Shown in pieces: positions 43,842 through 55,361 of a DNA stretch of 64,000 nt. The stretch covers positions 16,667,580 to 16,731,579 of the forward strand of contig CM022668.1 of NCBI GenBank assembly GCA_012295275.1, written 5' to 3'. Below the pieces are notes generated by a model. The model was not told the origin of the DNA. It did not search any database and saw only the letters and a program-made list of their open reading frames with translations. Each line of letters begins with the position of its first letter. Position 1 is the first letter of the stretch. This stretch comes from Chrysomallon squamiferum (taxonomy: Eukaryota > Animalia > Mollusca). The translations under genes and the position numbers were made by a program.

Positions 43842-46800
43842 ATTTGTATTAAAGTTCATAGCATTGAAATTTAAATGTAAAATTTTCTAACAGATGGAAG
43901 ATGTAATTACTAAAAGTGTACTGTTTACATAATTAGAATAAATTATATATAAATACACAAATTTAAATAACATTTTCAAACAGAAGGTAGATATAATTAT
44001 TAAAACTACTGTTTAAATAATTAGAAATAATTACCTATACACAGATGAAGCTTCATGTGCCTCCATTGGTACAAGTTTCTCAAAAATGTCTGGTCCAGAA
44101 ATCTCTCTATCTCCTGGGTTAAATGAAATCCCTTTCACAAGAGAAGCTCCTAGAAATAAGTATAAATAATCATAATCTGTACCACACATACTAATATGAA
44201 ATAAATACACACCATATCAATATTCTGTGCTTTAGTCATTTATAAATCTATAAATAAAATTTTGTTATAAGAATCAGATCATATTATTACTTGAGTATCA
44301 TGTATGTATAACAAAATACAACTTAAGTATCATAGATATAAATACAGATACAATAAGATATTATTAGTTTACTTTCACATATATAGCACATTATTACTTT
44401 ATTCCAAAGATATATTTCCATATATACTCATTACAGATTATTCTCTAAGTTTTAACAGCAAATTACTTGCCTTTAATTTCAGGTAATGTATCAAGTGGAG
44501 GAACTTTGTCATGGTAGACGAAATCATTGTCTTTTTTGGCTGAAGTAAACCTACAAAATAAACATAACATCTAAATACTGAATCATAATCAGATTTTAGT
44601 TATTTAAATACTACAAAATACTGAGTGAAGAACATACAGATGGAAAAAAAAGACCTTTGTCATTTTGAGATAAGCCCCCCAAAATGTATATGTAGGTAGT
44701 AACATAAACATTTTGTTGTTTGTTAAATTAGATACTATTTTAGTAACACTTAGAAAAATCAATTATTACCTCCACTGTTAAAATAAATCCTTTATTATTT
44801 TCATGAAACTGTTTGTATTTAAAATTCTGTATCACATATGTCTGAATAGGGTAATATAATAAAATAATATGTAATATACAGAACTCATTCAAAGCTATTT
44901 TAATTTCAATTAGTACACTGTAAACTGTAAAAAATAATATTTCACACTAACTTTCCTGAAACAACATCTTGAACAAATTTCAAACAATCCTGAACTTCTA
45001 CAGCATCATTCTGAAAATAAACACAGAATTAGTAATATTAAATAAACATATATTCAATTTCCACACATAAATACACAGAATCAAATTTATGACAAACATT
45101 CACACAATTAGTCATTACTATTTCATTTGTATTTTATATCTTCCATTAAATTAAAATAGCCTCACTTATGCAGAATGCAAAATATCCTAATACCCTGACT
45201 AGTATAATAATATTCTAACTTGTAATGTGTTTAGAAAACATTTAATTATCAGCAGAAACTAATTCATAAAATTAAATGTAATATGATATTCTTTACATAA
45301 TTAAACTGTAATTAATAATCAACAGACTCCAGGAATTACAACATTAAATACGCTAACCCTAACTCAAACCGTATACCTTAAACCCTAACCCTAACCCTAA
45401 CCCTAACTCTAACCCTGTCACCTTATAATTATTATTATTGTTGTTGTTGTTGGCCTTATTATTTATTTATTTATTGTTTGGTTACTCTTATTATTATTAT
45501 TAGTAGTAGTAGTATTATTGTTGTTGTTTTGTTGTTATTGTTATTATTATTACAGATTATCAAAACAACATTTGTCTGAAAAGAAACAATTAGTTGTGAT
45601 GTTCGTGGCAAAAATGAGGATAATCCGCAGAATGCAAAATATACTATGACTAGTATAATAATATTCTAACTTGTAATGTGTTTAGAAAACATTTAATTAT
45701 CAGCAAAAACTAATTCATAAATAAATATTGTAACATGATATTCTTTATATAATTAAACTGTAATTAATAATCATCAGACTCCAGCAATTACATTAAATAC
45801 TTAGTGAACAGAAGTAATTAAAAGAAAACCAGCAACAGACCTTTGCCATTTTGAGACATTCTTGTAGTTTACTGTGGCTAGCTTCAAAATATGCCAGCCT
45901 CTCCCCCATCTTCTCCTGGTCCTCGGACTGCCGACCCAGATAGTAAAATGTAATACACTGATAGAAACAAACCTTCAGTTCAATCCTCCGCTTCCAGTCC
46001 TGAAACATTTACCCAACACAAGAAAATTAGTCAAACAACAGCACATTTTTTATTATTCTAACAATGAAAAGAAATTTAAATATAATTAATCTGATGTTAC
46101 ATAGCTCATTTTTGATATGCTCTTGATTTGTTATTTCACTTTGTTTATGAGGACAAAACAATAAGAATTGATTGAACAACAACAATAACAACAGTAATAA
46201 TAATAATAATAACATGTATTTATAAATATAACTATCATACAAATAGTTTTCAATTTTCTTTTAATGTTACTACAAAATGTATAACTAAAAAAAGAAGAAA
46301 AAAAAAAGATGGTATACTGTAACCATATACTTCCTGTTTTTATGCTTCCTTTTAATTTATCTTATTTCTTTTTTCATTTTTTTATTTCTATTTTTGTTGT
46401 TGCTGTTTTACTTTTTGTTATCTGGTTCATTTTTATTTATTTTCTTTCTGGTTTATTAGGATAACTGTAAATTTACCAATTACTAGGAATTGCAGTTATC
46501 TGAGAAATAATTTTGATTTATCTGATTTATTGTTATTATTATCTGTAAATACCTTGTAACTGTGTGAATTAACCAAGCCCTCGAATTGCAGTTTTCCAGA
46601 CTTTTCAGAGACATCTGATAGAAGTCAGAGACTTGTGCTGCCACCTTTGCAGTGATTGTATTCTTTCTGCTGTCTATCATCGACTTCTCCAAAATACATT
46701 CTTGGGCTTGAGCCTATGATAAATTATTTTATTAGTTAGTAAAAAAAACATATACATTTTAACAGATATAAATTAATATGCTTCTAAAGCTTATTTCCTG

Positions 46801-49800
46801 GAAGCAAGGTAAATGATTTGAAAAGGTAAGGTGGAAGGTTTATAGATAAAACTTTAATCTACTGTCTGCCTATACATGGGCCATGTCAAATATGCAAAAA
46901 TGGGGAAACATAAATGGAATGGACCTATGCCAAATAACATATGTATGCATAGATAGGTATATATTTCATGGATATTGACATTTAATTTTCAAAATTGATA
47001 CCAAATACATTTATTTAGTAGAGCATTTATTTAATATTTATAATGACATCACATGTATGTTGATACATGATGAGTATTCCAGATGTGACATTTGTATATG
47101 GGTCATATGATACATGTGAGCGAGAGCAGTCATCTATTTTAATCATGTTGTTTGAATGAACAATTATTTGTCAAGGCTTTTTTTTTTTAAATGCAACAAA
47201 TGTTTAATTAACTATTAAAACAGCTTTACAATTTGAAAAAATGTTCTTTAGTTTGTTTTTGTGTAATGATGTTCCAAATTAAGTACCAAAATAGCCACAA
47301 ATTTGTGACATGCCTCAAGATGCCCAAAATAAATATTCTGCAAAACAGATACAACTTTTCAAACTATGAGTTGTTTGTGAACACATTTCCTTCAGTCTAT
47401 TTTAAAACTGTTCCTTAAAGCTGATTAGTTTATCAAAATATTTGTAAATTTTTGTCTTCTGTCATCTAACATAACACATAGTATTCACTTCGATATCATC
47501 AATATTTACATTACATTCAGAGACTGTAAACTAAACTACGATCACGAGGTTTGCCAAGTGTTTCTAAACAAAGAAATGTGGAACCTGTAGAAAACAGGCC
47601 TTTAGGATGAAAGCATTTTTGGCATGAAACAATGTCTAGATTTTGGTTTCTGGTTAACATAGACATTCTGAATTTTCCAAGTTGTAAAAGAATCAGCAAA
47701 ACTTTTATTTTAATTTTATTTTGACTGCATATAGTACCAGGGCTGAAGAACACATGTGTGAACAGTCTCAGCCCCGTACTCAACAGATGTTTTTTCCATG
47801 AATTTCTATTTCTTTCTCAAGAAGTACAAATGTTACTTAGATGATCAACATCAGTTCATGCAATGCTGAAGGTAAGGTTTTATTGCAACTAATCAATATC
47901 TAAATATTTTTAAATAATAAGTAGTACTGTGCAGCACATTTAATTTGTGGTGTGATAGTTATTGTTATTGTTGAAAAAAAATTTTAATTTTGAGTGATTT
48001 CCACTATATTCAACACATCTACTCTTTACAACAAAATTAACTGTAATAACTATTATAAACTATGTAGCAGCAATGTTAACTGCTCAAATTAGGTACAAAA
48101 CCATAAACTGTAATCAGAGAAATTAAAGAGCTGAATTTTTGTTGAAAATATGCAAGGACGTAGAATTATCATATCATTACAACTGTTTATTGATAATGCA
48201 CTGAGGAGAGTCCTTATAAACTAACAGAGCTTCACACGACTGATCTCAATTTGAATTAGGAACAACACGTAACAAGAATGTTGCTGGTCCTTATTTATCC
48301 AATTGAAAGGTAATAAATGGTTTGTGTTTTTGCAGGTATTATGACAACTCGCCAGTGCAGAAGAAAATCTGCCAAACATTTTTGTGCTGATGATATAATC
48401 ACAGAGCTACTTCCACCTCCTTTAAGTCCAACAGTACTTTCATCAGAGTTTTCCTGGTTTAACTTGTTCTCTATAAAACCTTGTATTTTGTGTTTAACAG
48501 ACAATAAGAACTATGTATAAAATTTGTTTGTGTCTTAAAGGGATGTTTTTTGTTGTGTTTAGTTTCCATCTGACACAGGTGATTTTAATGCTTTATTTAG
48601 TTTGATTCCATGTAATATCAAAATTAAAATACGGAATACCTTTTGTTCTTTTAACTGTGACATATGTACAATATATAAAACTTCAAAGAAACTTTGAATA
48701 TGCCATTATTTGAAATGTTTTTGTTTTTGGTCTCCATGCCAGACATTGGTACTCAGTTTTCAGAGAATAACACATATCCTTCAAGTAAGTATCAGCAGGC
48801 AAATTTTTTCTGTCTTTAATTTCACATAAAAGCTGTAGCAAAAAGAATGAAAACACACAAAAAATTATGACTCTATCTCCAGTGGTTCAGAAGATATATG
48901 CAAATCGGTATGACAGGTATTTGGTTGTTTTTTAGCCCTATTTTGACATAAAAGGCTGAAAAACAACAACAGTAATGGGATCAACTTGCTAAATGAGTTC
49001 AAATTTTTTCAGATCTGTCTGTTTGTATGTGTTCACAATAACATGCTAAACATGCCAAAATCTTCAAAATGACACATGGCAGAATGATTAAAAGTTCAAA
49101 TAGACACTGCGGTTTCAGTTTTTGTCTTATTTGACAAATTCAACCTGTGTTGTGAAAAAATTATCAAGATATTTCAAATGACATACTTAAAACTAACATT
49201 TGTAATAAAACAAACAAAAAACATTCTGCCAAGCCCATAAAAAAATAATTATCTTTTCAATTTATATAGAACAGCACAATTTCATTTACATAAGCAGCTT
49301 CAATTCACACTCTATTAAATAATTGGAAGTAATAAGTTAAGATACTGTGATGTGTATATATCATATATATATATATATAAATGTTACATAAACTCAGCTA
49401 ATCCTTGGAATCAACTCCAGAAAGGTGTTGCAGGTATTAATCAGGGACAATAACAGGTTTGTAATCATGAGACTAGAGGCAATTAAAGACACATGTGTTA
49501 TAAGCCTGTCATTTGAAACAAACATAAAATAATTTTCTTAGCTTTGTACTTGCTGTGATTTGACAGCAAACAAAAGTTACCTATCATTTGACCATTGTTG
49601 AAATTTTCTCTGACAGAGCTTATCAACAAGCAAAAATAATGTTTTAAAACTGTACAATTTATGATTTTATATTTTTAAAAAGTTATTAGATTTTTATTCA
49701 GCCTTCCATCAATACCTCTGAATACATTGTTCTATCATGTTGTATAGTTTGTTATGTTTACTATTCTTAATTCGACATTTATCCCAAGAATTTTGAAAGC

Positions 49801-52800
49801 AAAATAATCGACTGTAAAAAACGTAACGTAATGGCAATTTTGCTAAGCACGTGCTACTTTCAAATGCAGAGCTTCTTTTTGCCAAAGAAGATACACTGTA
49901 GTGTTGCACATTGTTTGAAAGGTAATTGAATGATCTTTCATTTGATCCCGTGAACATAGGTTTTATTTTCAGCCATTTTTTTCAAAACAGGTTTGAAGAC
50001 ATGAAAAAGTATATTTTTGGACACAACTTTTGACATAAGCCATTGCCAGCGACGACATGCACTGTTAGAAAGATTGAATTATGACCCTTCTAGCTGTGCT
50101 AAAAATAACATTGAAGCCATTTTGGCGAAAACAAGCCAGGTGTTTGTACAGCGACCCTTTTTTAGGACTTTTTACTCCATGCTGACCACAGGTGCTGAAG
50201 TGCGTTTACCCCCGGTTCTACTTCACGTGTGATGGTTTTCAACAGAAACAGGTACTATAAATACTTACCAGCATCAAGTTGACTTGGAAAGTGAGAAGTT
50301 CGTGAGACATGTCTGTGCTCATAGCTGAGCTAGCAAAGTGATCTCTGAGATGTTCAAATGCCCAGGCAGCACACTGGAAATGTGTACAGGAAACCTTCAT
50401 TCCCTGAAAATAGATTATTTTAAAAACACACAAATAACAAAAGTCAGTGATATAAAATTCTGATGTACATACAGACACACTCACAGATATGCAAACACAC
50501 ACACACACACACTATCACAGAGAAAGAGACCGAAACACATACAGACAATTTGCAGTAAACAAAACAAAATTATTTAAGAAAATTATTTGTAACAATGTTT
50601 TCTAATTAAGAAAATAATTTGTAAAATTGTTTTACTTTATTGATGTAAAATACTTATGTGCACATTTACATGATTTGTATGTATAAATTTTTCTAATTAA
50701 CTATTAAGAAAATAATTTCGAAAAATGTTAGATTTGTTTTGGTTTTAAATGCTGCATACTATCAGTATTTAAACCGAAGCTCATTTACCTCAGCATTATG
50801 TCTAGTATCTACTGCTCCTAGAATTGAATGAAGGGTGCCAATGTTATAGAGAACACAGGCCTGTTCAAACTTTATATCTGCCATTATATGTTCCCTGCCT
50901 GTCTGAATGTCCTCCCTGTAACAGAATAATTAAATCTCAAACAAATGGCTTTCTTTTTCATGTTGAAAAATATATATATTATCTTACTATTGAATTATTT
51001 TGAAATCAGTTTTTATAATTAAACATTTTAATCCATCTGGAGTTAAGGTAATAAATTATTATTAACTATTTTCTTCTTTTTTTTGTTTGTGTGTTAAATA
51101 AGAAATTAAACTGAACTGTTTTATATTGTGATTTTACAGTGTTGTAACTTGTTAAATATTTATCAAATATTGGATTTAGGTCAAACTTTTATCTAAAAAA
51201 TTCAAACAAATGATGTTATGCTTCTGTAATGAAATAATATTTCTAGCTGGGAGAGTAATGAAAAGATTGTAGAAGTTTTATTAAGACAAATTTAGTACAG
51301 GGTGAAGTATTCATTTAAAACTGGTCTAATTTACAGTTAGGTCAATATCTTCTACAGTTAATTTTTACTTTTCTTCCATTTAACCCATTTACATAAAATT
51401 CATGAGAAAACGAATCATGTTGGTAATTAAATTTTTATAGAAAGGATATAAAGATGTGAACATAGTTTTATTAAAGTTTCACTCAACCATGTAAAGGCAA
51501 TGGCTGCCTCTCCGCCTTCCTCCATTGGGAATCTACCCTGGAGCAGCAACAACTGTGAATAATATTTTTTTAATGTGCTGCATCCCATGAAATCTTTTGT
51601 TACATGAATAGCACCCTAAAAACAGAGTTTATCATTTTAAAATGTATTTCCGTCAATAACGTACTTTCATTGCAAAAATAAATAAATACATGAACACTCT
51701 CAAATTCTATCATGTTATAGTAATTTATAATATTACCCAGTACATACACTGAAAATTAAAAAAAATCTGTCCTATACACTTTCAAAATTCACACTAGTGT
51801 ATAATAATTTCTGTTAAAAAATATTCTTACTCCTCTATAGTTATTAGTCCACAAAAGTTTGCTTGTTTATTACATGTATAATTAAGAATGATCACCATTA
51901 ACTTTAGAAATTTCAAGTTTGAATTAACATCTGCAATATAAACAGGATCATTCTTATTTTATTTTTCTCATCTCAATGCTCTAATAAGTAATATAGATGT
52001 ATGTCTGATTATGAATACTCTTTATTTCAATTACATCCGCTATGAAAACATTACATGAATGGTGATTCATACACATTCTCACCAACACAGACAGAGACAC
52101 ACACATAGAGACAGACAGACTGACACCCCCACACATGAAAGTACATACTTGTCTCAGCTGCTCAAGGTCAGTACAAGCCTTGTTGTAATGTGCAGGGTCT
52201 TCGCCATAATGATCCTGTATATACTACAAAATACATACAATTTAAATTACTTATTTAATATATAATAACACATATTTATATCACTATATGGCATTGCTAT
52301 GGTTTGAAAAATATTTATGTAACTGTAAAATTTCATCCAACCAGATACAACAGCTCAAACTACTGTAATACATATTAAAAAGAAATTGTCAGATAAAGAC
52401 TGTACGGTTTTTGTGGATAAACTACGTCAATAATATCAAAGGCAAGATTCAGATGACGTGGCTGTAGAAAAAAAGAAATTCCGAGAATAAATCTCTTAGT
52501 TTTAAATCTAAAAAAAATTATTATCATTATCATTATGATTATCATTATGTAGGTATATGTGTATTACTGCCGGAATTGCATCCGCCATTTTCTGCTATAT
52601 CCGTGTGACCTGAATCTCCCCGATGGCAAGTGGTGTCTCTGCGTAAATCGCTTCTCATTAGTCAGGGGCTGGGAGTTTCGGTTATCCCTGATGGTATAAT
52701 TAGCGGGAAATTCCCGTATACTCACTCGTTTTCGAATTTTTCAATTCGGTCAATTGGTTCGTTTCAGAGGAGAGTTCGAAAATTTGTTTCGTATTCAACA

Positions 52801-54767
52801 CGTTAAAATCGGTCGTTTTCGATATCAGAGGATAATCTAAGGTAGATGGAGGTGAAGAACAATATTAAATTTTATCATATGTGAATTTATATTGAAATCT
52901 GACACAGCTGAGAAAAGTTACAAATGCCGGAAAGAGGAGCTGTAACATCAAAATGGCTTCAAAATCAAACATGGCGGATGAAAATTCGAGTGAAACTGAA
53001 GTGATTTCTACCCTCGATTTCAGCTATGTTTGATACATGAGTGATAGAACAGATTGTGATGCTGTATAAATATACGACTGTACTCTATGTCACACTTTTA
53101 TTACCCGATGGATTGTAAATAGTGGATGATTGTGGATTTTGCGACTGCCTTCAAGCCAATCGGTATGAACTAATTTTGAAATTTAGTAATCATTATTATT
53201 ATGTTGGCCTTCTTTTCGGGATGCCTAACTTGAAGTGGAAAAGAAAATCCCCCAATCAAAGGACTGGTATAGCCAACCAACACTTGGAAGAGAACTTTCC
53301 CAGTGGAATTCCAGTTTCTTTGGCGAATTTCTTAAATGGTCACGTATTCAGTATTGTTTATTTTTGTCTTTTGCTGCGAAAAAAGCCATGCGAAGACCTT
53401 TAGAGAACTTCAATCATATATTCCCAACAATATTACTGGTCATCAGAGAAATACAGTTTTGAATTACATTACATCACAAATTCAGAAACTTGATGACAAC
53501 ACTGTTCAAGAAACTCAGTGACACTGTGGAATTCAATATGTTTGATTCCATTTGTCACGAAAGTTTTGATCAGCTAAACCTGACCAGTACTATTTCCACA
53601 GTTATGTCATGTATTATCCAGCCAGTGGAAGTCCCTCAGGCTGATGAAGAAAATGCCATAACTGTGAGAGATATCATGAAAGTTTGCAATTTGCCAAACA
53701 GAAAGTGAGAATTGAGAGGACTAGTTACCATCTATCTTCAGTCCAAATTTCACTAATAAAATTTCATTAATAAGAAAGTTACATGCATTTTAGTGAAAAA
53801 CAATAGGATTTTGGTCACGCCATTGTAATGCAAATGCATTAAATAATAGGACAATTAAATATTGTTAATTGAAAACGTTAAAATGCTGTAACTTCCTTAA
53901 TACTCAACAGAATCAGATGATGTTTGTTGTCTTTTATAGGGTTTTTAGAGTTCTTTTCAGCAATGTTATTTATGTTGAAGTTGGTAGTGTTTGAATTTTG
54001 TCCACATAAATTATTGTTTGTTAGGCTGCTGGTATCTTAATTAATAACTTCTTTTTAATTTTTACAAATATATTCGATAGCAGAGATTGGCATTGGTCTT
54101 CACTGAAAATTTCATCAAGAAAGCTTGATTATTAACAAAGATAGAGAGGAAAAATGTTAAAATATTACTATTTTTGGTCACAAACCTCTAATGACTTATA
54201 TAGCGTTTAATCGGACGTAAAAAATTGCTTTTCAGGGGGATTAAAATTACTGCTACTTCCTTAATTTTTTACATATTCACTTAATCTTGGTATCATTTTA
54301 AAGTGGTTTACAAGCTCTACCCAACTGTCTTATTTATTTTCAGATTAGTGGGGTCTGAAAAATGTGTCCACATACCTACATTATGTCATACTAATGAAGA
54401 TTTTATCGATACTTCATTTATTCGCTTTCGCCAAACATCAGTCTGAATCTTGCCTTTGACGTAGTTTATCCACAAAAACCGTACAGTCTTTATCCGACAA
54501 TGTCATTTACCGTCAGCATTTTGGCACACATATGATATCTGGATCCGACAGACGTGACAAAGTTGAAAGCAAGTGACATTTCTTTAAATTTTTAATTATA
54601 AACTGAACTTTTCATTGAAACAAATCAATTAAGAAACCCAAATAATTAAAATTATTTAACATTAAATAATCCCAGTCTACCTGTTTTAATGATGGTCCGA
54701 ACTCTACATATTCTGGACTGTGTTTTAACTCAAACGAAAGCATCGGCAACCGAGGAACTGCCTCCAT
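30792..54767 (-). CDS. PTPN23: Tyrosine-protein phosphatase non-receptor type 23 (HD-PTP/Myopic orthologue), 26 coding exons, about 2,190 aa; whole-gene span
   Basis: Manual splicing gives N-terminus MEAVPRLPMLSFELK, Bro1 motifs (GMKVSCTHFQCAA, AKKDNDFVYH, GPDIFEKLVPMEAHEASSVYSEEKAKLLR), a V domain, RPTAPKP, a PTP domain (DYINAS, FIATQ, DFWVMV, VHCGSGVGRSG, IQT) and C-terminus DDPLSNLDPLWSL. All match vertebrate PTPN23 as I recall it. Splice phases are consistent except for two indels. Confidence 0.96.
31974..32173 (-). CDS. PTPN23: PTPN23 exon 25 (P-loop and Q-loop)
   Basis: SGVGRSGAFLLIY...RKNMIQTPEQLRFCYE. Confidence 0.94.
32647..32751 (-). CDS. PTPN23: PTPN23 exon 24
   Basis: GFPENRNHVIKFIIETHSFYKQQRSLMKPVMVHCG. 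Confidence 0.93.
32860..33165. repeat. Intronic minisatellite of about 30 bp (CACAAACTAAGAATAAAATAAATTTGAAATA)
   Basis: About 10 tandem units in intron 23. Confidence 0.88.
33690..33742 (-). CDS. PTPN23: PTPN23 exon 23 (WPD-loop equivalent)
   Basis: TKQARTVVHLQYKNWPVS. Confidence 0.92.
34132..34260 (-). CDS. PTPN23: PTPN23 exon 22
   Basis: KFPCYWPTEKSKPVEHGPVVLTLQSVKYKELWTERIIYLKHSE. Confidence 0.92.
34681..34818 (-). CDS. PTPN23: PTPN23 exon 21
   Basis: DLAPSCPKFIATQFPIPVTVNDFWVMVHEQGVEVIVMITSEYETGK. Confidence 0.93.
35247..35311 (-). CDS. PTPN23: PTPN23 exon 20
   Basis: (Y)DETRVMLTTLKDDYINASWIN. Confidence 0.93.
35516..35920. repeat. Minisatellite of about 58 bp (AAAACTAGCATTTATCAGCTTCTGTGTAAGAAAAA...)
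   Basis: About 7 units; same unit at 42950-43100 and, inverted, at 58630-59000. Confidence 0.9.
36255..36351 (-). CDS. PTPN23: PTPN23 exon 19 (start of PTP domain)
   Basis: ELVESQDHCSKKHSIAIARCYPMKNRDPDIMP. Confidence 0.93.
36803..39802 (-). CDS. PTPN23: PTPN23 exon 18, 3.0-kb Pro/Gln-rich region with an apparent +1 frameshift near 38400
   Basis: Starts PPPSRPTAPKP and ends TKLDLLWK|gtaaac; covered by ORFs 38196..39722 and 36728..38704, which swap frame inside the QQTQQPV repeat. Confidence 0.88.
40180..40373 (-). CDS. PTPN23: PTPN23 exon 17 (end of V domain)
   Basis: RERIIKQLMTSYEVYEDLLAKSVEGLEYYKKLEENVSRLLQRCRSVC... Confidence 0.93.
40753..40904 (-). CDS. PTPN23: PTPN23 exon 16
   Basis: VIFSEQLKKHNSLVNLIGQNLMAQDNILRALTDYNARYA... 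Confidence 0.92.
41131..41291 (-). CDS. PTPN23: PTPN23 exon 15
   Basis: PEDEAVIQELRRLLSKIDEMKSQRQSFLDQLRDNLQNDDITNVLVTQKNDPKE. Confidence 0.92.
41695..41899 (-). CDS. PTPN23: PTPN23 exon 14
   Basis: KLFGKKTPNIVLDEMKKECEAHLEKHKQGSESNKSLHQAMSNHIMNLKLLAGP... Confidence 0.9.
42273..42364 (-). CDS. PTPN23: PTPN23 exon 13
   Basis: VSNIAVDVEMNIKQILELLDEEFRQQEEYE; phase-consistent, with an A-rich acceptor. Confidence 0.85.
42802..42941 (-). CDS. PTPN23: PTPN23 exon 12 (V domain)
   Basis: QFLSSLQLDSSRLTPTPERLPQELLEKCAAMSVRKNTIRELTDSMS. Confidence 0.92.
43286..43351 (-). CDS. PTPN23: PTPN23 exon 11
   Basis: EEKAKLLRSVSSDVENKCVELE. Confidence 0.92.
44035..44149 (-). CDS. PTPN23: PTPN23 exon 10
   Basis: ASLVKGISFNPGDREISGPDIFEKLVPMEAHEASSVYS. 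Confidence 0.94.
44471..44550 (-). CDS. PTPN23: PTPN23 exon 9 (followed by a GC donor)
   Basis: FTSAKKDNDFVYHDKVPPLDTLPEIKG; donor AAAG|gcaagt. Confidence 0.92.
44952..45010 (-). CDS. PTPN23: PTPN23 exon 8
   Basis: NDAVEVQDCLKFVQDVVSGK; ag/gt flanks. Confidence 0.9.
45354..45415 (-). repeat. Interstitial telomere-like repeat (CCCTAA)n in intron 7
   Basis: aaccctaaccctaaccctaaccctaactctaaccct with variant units. Confidence 0.85.
45841..45999 (-). CDS. PTPN23: PTPN23 exon 7 (Bro1)
   Basis: DWKRRIELKVCFYQCITFYYLGRQSEDQEKMGERLAYFEASHSKLQECLKMAK. Confidence 0.93.
46553..46713 (-). CDS. PTPN23: PTPN23 exon 6 (Bro1), apparent -1 frameshift near 46580
   Basis: AQAQECILEKSMIDSRKNTITAKVAAQVSDFYQMSLKSLENCN; 161 nt to the AG|gtattt donor, but exon 7 starts in phase 0. 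Confidence 0.85.
46876..50235. mobile_element. Possible old DNA-transposon remnant filling PTPN23 intron 5
   Basis: Intron is unusually long (3.5 kb) and microsatellite-poor; weak inverted repeat ATGGGCCATGTCAAA (46876) / TTTGACATAAGCCAT (50029); broken ORF-like stretches with no diagnostic motif. Confidence 0.3.
50269..50403 (-). CDS. PTPN23: PTPN23 exon 5 (Bro1)
   Basis: GMKVSCTHFQCAAWAFEHLRDHFASSAMSTDMSHELLTFQVNLML. Confidence 0.94.
50789..50915 (-). CDS. PTPN23: PTPN23 exon 4 (Bro1)
   Basis: EDIQTGREHIMADIKFEQACVLYNIGTLHSILGAVDTRHNAE. Confidence 0.93.
51488..51615 (-). CDS. PTPN23: PTPN23 exon 3 (Bro1)
   Basis: GAIHVTKDFMGCSTLKKYYSQLLLLQGRFPMEEGGEAAIAFTW; ag/gt flanks. Confidence 0.92.
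52149..52223 (-). CDS. PTPN23: PTPN23 exon 2 (Bro1)
   Basis: YIQDHYGEDPAHYNKACTDLEQLRQ; ag/gt flanks. Confidence 0.92.
52375..54587. mobile_element. Non-autonomous TIR DNA transposon in PTPN23 intron 1 (possibly Kolobok-like)
   Basis: An inverted repeat of about 60 bp, GATAAAGACTGTACGGTTTTTGTGGATAAACTACGTCAA...GGCAAGATTCAGA, at 52386-52452 versus 54430-54502; outer ends TTAA..AGAAAT / ATTTCTTTAA; decayed ORF-like interior. Confidence 0.75.
54681..54767 (-). CDS. PTPN23: PTPN23 coding exon 1
   Basis: ATG at 54767; MEAVPRLPMLSFELKHSPEYVEFGPSLKQ; donor CAG|gtagac. Confidence 0.93.
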
Positions 54768-55045
54768 TTTGTATACATATATACTAATTTCTATTCAGTA
54801 GTTTTATACAGTTCAATGTACTAAACATAGAAATCCAAATAGGCAAAACACCCAAATAATAAAATAATAATATATTATAATATGTAGATATTTGTTAAAT
54901 ATATTATATATATATAGTATAGGTATCATTTAAATTAAAGGTATAACGAGATAACTACAATAAGACCACAGGAAAATAGTATGCTATTTATATTCGATAT
55001 AGCCATATTCACGTGATATCTTCAAATGACGCAGTTATTCAATTG

Positions 55046-55078
<33 letters not shown>

Positions 55079-55309
55079 CCGCATGTTTCAGCAAACCTTT
55101 AAAAATAATAACTAAAATTTTACTGAAAATTGATCATTCATTATACGACTATTTTTAGAACTTCACAGACTGATTCCTAAAGCACACTAAACATTATATA
55201 ATTAGTTTATGGTCACAATCGGCATTTATGCTGAAAAAATCAATGCATGAACCGTGATCTTACAAGAAAGAAAAATTAATTATATTTGTTTAATTTAAAT
55301 ACATTAAAG

Positions 55310-55361
<52 letters not shown>

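Noticed and set aside
44304-44486. Identical 60-aa ORF present twice (44304+ and 57259-)
   Set aside because: Antisense intronic sequence duplicated with the arm; it marks the duplication and is not a gene.
40139-54767. Calling the Bro1/V exons ALIX (PDCD6IP) or BROX as a separate gene
   Set aside because: The MEAVPR N-terminus and phase-consistent splicing into the PTP domain and DPLW tail identify a single PTPN23.
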